Below the pieces are notes generated by a model. The model saw only the letters and a program-made list of their open reading frames with translations, was not told the origin of the DNA and ran no database searches. Positions 59,349 through 64,000 of a stretch of 64,000 nucleotides of DNA are shown here, one piece after another. A program made the translations under genes and the position numbers. Source of the stretch: an uncultured delta proteobacterium (GTDB taxonomy: Bacteria > Myxococcota_A > UBA9160 > UBA4427); assembly GCA_963822965.1 (NCBI GenBank), contig CAWGJT010000009.1, forward strand, positions 160,001-224,000, written 5' to 3'. Each line of letters starts with the position of its first letter. Position 1 is the first letter of the stretch.

Positions 59349-61610
59349 TCAGGTGTGCCCCAGCTTCCCCTGCGCGGCTGCCACCAGCGCCTCGGCTCGA
59401 CCCGCTCCGCGGAAGCGGCGCGCGCGCTTGCCCAGCGCCAGGGCCTCCTCCCAGTCGTCCGACTGGGCGCTCTCCAGCAGCAGATCCCCGAGCTGCAGCG
59501 CCGCCTCGACGTCGGTGGGGTGCTCTCGCAGGAGCGTCTCCAGCTCGCTGCGCGCCTCGTCGGTGCGACCGAGCGACGCGAGCAGACGCGCGGCCTCCTT
59601 CCGGTAGGACGGCTCCGCGGCGTCGGCCTCGGCGGCGCGCCGGTAGGCGTCCACGGCGGTGGCCGCGTCGTTCCGGGAAACGGCCAGGCGCGCCAGCCCC
59701 GCCTGCGCTCGCGCCTCGTCCGTCGCCAGCGCGACCGCGCGCGCGTAGGCGGCCTGCACCTCGGCGGCCGGCGCCCCGCTTCGCTCGAGCAGCTCTCCTC
59801 GGATCGCGTGGAAGGCGGCCTCTTCCGGATGGGCAGCCAGGGCCGCGTCCACCCGGGCGCGGGCGTCCCCGACGTCGCCTGCCTCGAGCTGCAGCTCGAT
59901 CAGGGCCTCCAGGGCGTCGTCGAAGATCGGATTGGTGAGATCCAGTCCGCGCGCCTTCTCGATGAAGGCCGCCCCCGCCGCCGGGCCGTCGCGACGGCCG
60001 ACGCCGCGGCCGATCGCGGCCAGGGCACGGCCCGCCACCTTCGGCTCGCGCGAAAGGCGGGGAAGCAGCTCCAGCGCCACCTGCAGGTTGCCGGAGGCGA
60101 CCACGCCACGAAGGGCGGCCAGCTCCGCCTCCCAGTCCGGCTCGGCCTTCCCGGTCGCCTGGACGGCGATGATCCGGGCCGTCTGCAGATCGCCCTCGGC
60201 CAGCCGGATCTGCGCCAGGCGGAGCCGCGCGTCGGTCGCCGACGGGTCGACCCGGATCGCATAGCGGTACTCACCGATGGCGCGGTCGAAGTCGCCGATC
60301 TGCTCCGCCGCCCGGGCAGCCAGGTAGTGGGCGACGCTGTTGTCCGGCCACAAGGCGAGCCCCGCCTCGAAGCGTGCCAGCGCCTCCTTGGGCTTCTTGC
60401 GTTCGAGCAGGACGCGGCCGCGGATGAAGTCGCGCATGGGCGGCACCTCGATGCGATCGGCGACCTCGAGGGCGCGGTCGTAGCGACCGTCCAGGAGCAG
60501 CACCTCGGCGTACTCGAAGAACATGCCGGGCAGCGGATCGGGAGACAGCTCGATCACGTGGTCGAAGGCGGCGACCGCCTTGTCGGCCTCGTCCTGGCGC
60601 TGGTAGTGGCGGGAGAGGTCGGTCCAGGCCACCACGGCCTGCGCGGGGGGCAGATCCTCCAGCTGGGTCCCCTCGATCAGGAGCTGCTCGGCCTCGTCCA
60701 CCTTCCCCTCCAGCTCGAGGCGCTCGGCGAGGGCGTTGCGATAGAGGTTGGCCTCGGGCGCGGCCGCCAGGGTGTCGCGCAGGATCTCCATCGAGCGATC
60801 CGGACGCCCCTGCTCTTCGTAGAACTCGACCACGGCGCGCACCACCGAGTCGTCTCGCGGCATGTCCTCGAGACACTTCTCGAAGCGCTCGGTGGCGAGC
60901 TCGAGGTCGCCCTTCTCCTTGGCGAAAGTCGCTCGCGTCAGACAGAAGTGCGCCATCTGACCGGCGCCGAGCTCTTCCGTGCGGAAGCGCTCTTCCAGCT
61001 CTGCGAGCGCCTCGGCGGTCTCGTCGAGGCGCTTCAGTCCCAGCAGCGCGGCAGCACGGGGAACCAGGAAGCCGGGATTCTCGGGGTCGAGCTCGCGCAC
61101 CCGCTCGGCGTCGGCCAGGCCACCCTCGTAGTCCTGCCGGGTCTGGATCCGGGCCCGAGAGCGCAGGAGCAGGGCCTCGACGTTGTCCGGCTCCTTGGCG
61201 AGCACCTGATCGAGCACCTCGATGGCGGCCTCGTGGTTGCCCAGGGCCGTGAGGCTGGCCGCCAGGGGCAGACCGGCGCGCACGAGCCACTTCGGGTCCT
61301 CCATCGCGCGGCGCAGGGGCCAGTGGGCCAGGCTGTGCTGGGAGGTCTGGATCAGTGCGGTGCCGTACAGGAAGGCGAGCTCCGCCGAGTCGGGCTGCTC
61401 CCGGATCAGCTCGCGCAGCGGCTCGATGGATTCCTCGAAGCGGCCCTGCCGCTGCAGCTCGCGAACGTGCTCGACCGGATCGGACGGCCCGCACGCCGTC
61501 AGGGTCGAGACGGCCACCGCGAAGACGAGCAGCACCCGAACCGCAGGGCCGGAACGGCGATTCCGCGAGGGGTTCGGGAACGGAAGGCCGCGCTGCGTCG
61601 TCTGGTGCAT
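59349..61610 (-). CDS. Large TPR-repeat lipoprotein
   Basis: Lipobox LTAC, TPR repeats throughout. Confidence 0.85.
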   Translation of the reverse strand: MHQTTQRGLPFPNPSRNRRSGPAVRVLLVFAVAVSTLTACGPSDPVEHVRELQRQGRFEESIEPLRELIREQPDSAELAFLYGTALIQTSQHSLAHWPLRRAMEDPKWLVRAGLPLAASLTALGNHEAAIEVLDQVLAKEPDNVEALLLRSRARIQTRQDYEGGLADAERVRELDPENPGFLVPRAAALLGLKRLDETAEALAELEERFRTEELGAGQMAHFCLTRATFAKEKGDLELATERFEKCLEDMPRDDSVVRAVVEFYEEQGRPDRSMEILRDTLAAAPEANLYRNALAERLELEGKVDEAEQLLIEGTQLEDLPPAQAVVAWTDLSRHYQRQDEADKAVAAFDHVIELSPDPLPGMFFEYAEVLLLDGRYDRALEVADRIEVPPMRDFIRGRVLLERKKPKEALARFEAGLALWPDNSVAHYLAARAAEQIGDFDRAIGEYRYAIRVDPSATDARLRLAQIRLAEGDLQTARIIAVQATGKAEPDWEAELAALRGVVASGNLQVALELLPRLSREPKVAGRALAAIGRGVGRRDGPAAGAAFIEKARGLDLTNPIFDDALEALIELQLEAGDVGDARARVDAALAAHPEEAAFHAIRGELLERSGAPAAEVQAAYARAVALATDEARAQAGLARLAVSRNDAATAVDAYRRAAEADAAEPSYRKEAARLLASLGRTDEARSELETLLREHPTDVEAALQLGDLLLESAQSDDWEEALALGKRARRFRGAGRAEALVAAAQGKLGHT

Positions 61611-61793
61611 GGGAGGGGCGGAGAATAGCCCCCGACCCCCAACGCGCTAGCAGGGTTCTTCGGCATCCTGCTAGCAACCGGCAGGATGCCGGAGCCTGGT
61701 TCCCCCCAGCCCGGGCTCGCGCGGCAGCGCTCGGGACGAAGACGCCGCGGGGCGACCGGGCGGCTGCGTGAGAGGGGCTCTAGTATTGCCGCC

Positions 61794-63206
61794 GTGCCGC
61801 ACGTCCTGACCAAACGCTGGCCCTGGCTCCTGGCTGCCGCCGTCGTCCTGCTGCTGTGGGCCGCAACATTCGTGCAGGTGCACATCGGCAGCTACGACAC
61901 GCGCAAGGTGGGAGACGCCGACGACATCGAGGCGCTCGCCCGGCGCACCGACGTCAACGTCCTGTTCATCCTGATCGACACCCTGCGCGCCGACCACCTG
62001 AGCGGCTGGGGCTACGACCGCAAGACGAGCCCCGTGCTCGATCTGCTGGCCTCCCGGGGCGTGCGCTTCGCCCACCAGCTCTCCCAGTCCTCGTGGACCA
62101 AGGCGTCGATGGCCTCCCTGTGGACGGGCGTGTACCCGGCACGCACCGGAATCACGCGGTTCGAGCAGGTGCTGTCCGAGGACGCGACCCTGCCCGCGGA
62201 GATCTTCGCGGCCGCCGGCTACCGCACCACGGCCCTCTACCGGAACGGATGGGTCTCTCCCTACTTCGGCTTCGACCAGGGCTTCGAGTTCTACGAGCGT
62301 CCCGGAACGCGGCCCGTGCCACCGACGGTCATGCGCGAGAACCCCACGATCTCCAAGATGGGGACGGACGCGGACACCGTCGAGGATGCGATCGAGTTCC
62401 TGCGCATCCACCCGGACGAGCGGTGGCTGCTCTACCTGCACATGATGGACATCCACGAGTACGTCTACGACGACGAGCACGCGGTCTTCGGAAGCGCCTA
62501 CCCGGACATCTACGACAACGCCATCCTGCGGCTGAACACCGTGATCGACCACCTGCTCGTCTATCTGAGCGAGGAAGGGCTGCTCGACAAGACGGTGATC
62601 GCGATCGCCTCGGACCACGGAGAGGCCTTCGGGGAGCGCGGGCTCGAGGGCCACGCGCGCTTCGTCTTCAAGGAGACGACCGAGGTGCCGTTCCTGCTGA
62701 GCCTGCCCTTCCGCCTCGATCCGCCCGTGGTGCTCGAGCAGCGCACGCGCAACGTCGACATCTGGCCGACCCTGCTGGACCTGATGGGGCTTCCGGCGAT
62801 GGCCGGCACGGACGGCCATTCGCTCGTCCCGGCGATCCTCGCGGCGGCCCGGGGCGAGCCGCCGCCGGACGAGGAGCCCATCGCCCTGGCCCATCTGGAC
62901 CGCAACTGGGGCAAGCGGGGCGCCACCGTCTCTCCCACCGTGGCCGTGGTGGAGGGAAAGCTCCGCTACGTGTACACGCCTTCCCTGGACGGCAAGACCG
63001 CCCGCGAGCAGCTCTTCGACGCGGCGACCGACCCGAAGGAGCTCGTCGATCTCGCCGGGGATCGACCGGAGGACACCGCGCGTCTGGGCGCTCTCGCCCG
63101 CAGCTACCTCCAGGACTCCAAGCCCGGCTGGACCGAGGCCGAATCCCTCGAGATCGACGAGATCCAGCTCAACCAGCTGCGCGCCCTGGGCTACCAGGTG
63201 CCGTAG
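61794..63206 (+). CDS. Membrane-anchored sulfatase-like hydrolase/transferase (alkaline phosphatase superfamily)
   Basis: N-terminal TM, NVLFILIDTLRADHL, SSWTKASMASLWTG, HMMDIH, SDHGE, LRALGY. Confidence 0.88.
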   Translation: MPHVLTKRWPWLLAAAVVLLLWAATFVQVHIGSYDTRKVGDADDIEALARRTDVNVLFILIDTLRADHLSGWGYDRKTSPVLDLLASRGVRFAHQLSQSSWTKASMASLWTGVYPARTGITRFEQVLSEDATLPAEIFAAAGYRTTALYRNGWVSPYFGFDQGFEFYERPGTRPVPPTVMRENPTISKMGTDADTVEDAIEFLRIHPDERWLLYLHMMDIHEYVYDDEHAVFGSAYPDIYDNAILRLNTVIDHLLVYLSEEGLLDKTVIAIASDHGEAFGERGLEGHARFVFKETTEVPFLLSLPFRLDPPVVLEQRTRNVDIWPTLLDLMGLPAMAGTDGHSLVPAILAAARGEPPPDEEPIALAHLDRNWGKRGATVSPTVAVVEGKLRYVYTPSLDGKTAREQLFDAATDPKELVDLAGDRPEDTARLGALARSYLQDSKPGWTEAESLEIDEIQLNQLRALGYQVP

Positions 63207-63233
63207 GCCGCACCCCGGGCGACCCCGCCTGCG

Positions 63234-64000
63234 TCAGTACTTGAAGGACAGGCTCATCCCGTAGGTGCGGGGCTGGCCGACGAAGTTCACGATCACCGAC
63301 GAGAAGCGCGACGCGTCGAACGCGTAGGTCTTGTAGATGGTGTTCTCGAGGTTCCGCACCCAGCCCGCGAGCTCGACGTGGCCGTCGGGCGTCTGGTAGG
63401 CGAGCCGCAGGTTGTGGAGCCAGAACGCGCGCTGGCCCAGCGCATACTCGGGAAGCGTGAGGCCCGTCGTGGAGTTCGGGATGCCGCGCCCCGCCGTGGG
63501 ATCGAAGTAGATGTCGTCGGTCCAGGTTCCGTCGTAGCGCGGGATCACCCTGCCGTAGCGACCGAAGTCCAGGGGCCACTGCACGCTCAGGTTGACCTTC
63601 CACTCGGGCGAGTTGATGAGCGGGTTGCCGCTGAAGTCGACGGTCTCCTGTATGGGCGTGACCATGTCGATGATCTGGATCTTGGTCTGGGTGAAGTCCA
63701 GGAACTGGCTTCGGAGCCAGCCCACTCGCGCCTGGATCTCCAGCCCGTCGAAGAGGTCGTCCACCAGATCCTCGATGGGCTTCACCTTCACGTCCAGCTC
63801 GGCTCCCAGCACCTCGGCGTCGTTGGCGTTGACGATCTGCAGCAGCGGGGGCGCGCCGAGGTTGTTCTCGAACAGGAAGACCTGGTAGTTCTCGTAGCGG
63901 TAGTAGAAGAAGTTCGCCTGGGCCTGGACGCGTGCGTCCAGGAAGCTCCCCTTCACGCCCGTCTCCGTCGCCGTGATGGTCTCGGGCTCGGCGGGCTTGA
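63234..64000 (-). CDS. TonB-dependent receptor, C-terminal part (5' end outside window)
   Basis: E.G.KG, NFFYYRY, GAEL, GN.L.NSP, WVRNL.N..Y, GQPRTYG.S.SFKY aromatic terminus. Confidence 0.9.
   Translation of the reverse strand, partial: KPAEPETITATETGVKGSFLDARVQAQANFFYYRYENYQVFLFENNLGAPPLLQIVNANDAEVLGAELDVKVKPIEDLVDDLFDGLEIQARVGWLRSQFLDFTQTKIQIIDMVTPIQETVDFSGNPLINSPEWKVNLSVQWPLDFGRYGRVIPRYDGTWTDDIYFDPTAGRGIPNSTTGLTLPEYALGQRAFWLHNLRLAYQTPDGHVELAGWVRNLENTIYKTYAFDASRFSSVIVNFVGQPRTYGMSLSFKY

Overview
Very GC-rich bacterial window. The gene content (PEP-CTERM proteins, ELWxxDGT repeats, a TonB receptor, an ERG24-type reductase, F420/steroid-type catabolism) suggests a Myxococcota/deltaproteobacterial lineage, which is inference only. 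The left 36 kb is a mix of metabolic and envelope genes: 2-oxoacid:ferredoxin oxidoreductase, hemerythrin, ADP-ribosylglycohydrolase, sterol reductase, two PEP-CTERM proteins around a STAND-type ATPase, GT4 + asnB, a beta-barrel/lipoprotein pair, MFS, yqeC, cti and GT-C glycosyltransferases. A frameshift-dense stretch at about 26-35 kb may be consensus error. The most striking structure is at 36-64 kb. A complete sigma54-type transcription unit (palindromic UAS, IHF site, -24/-12 box, terminator) carries three tandem paralogous secreted proteins with IPTL-CTERM-like anchors. Two of them are nearly identical except for one short hypervariable patch. A divergent Trp-rich helical-repeat lipoprotein gene is present twice as a ~1.31-kb direct repeat. 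The repeats bracket a ~16-kb lipid/steroid-type catabolic island with several collapsed pseudogenes, and a promoterless 149-bp fragment of a fourth paralog sits next to the second repeat. No tRNA, rRNA, CRISPR array, integrase, transposase or reverse transcriptase was seen.
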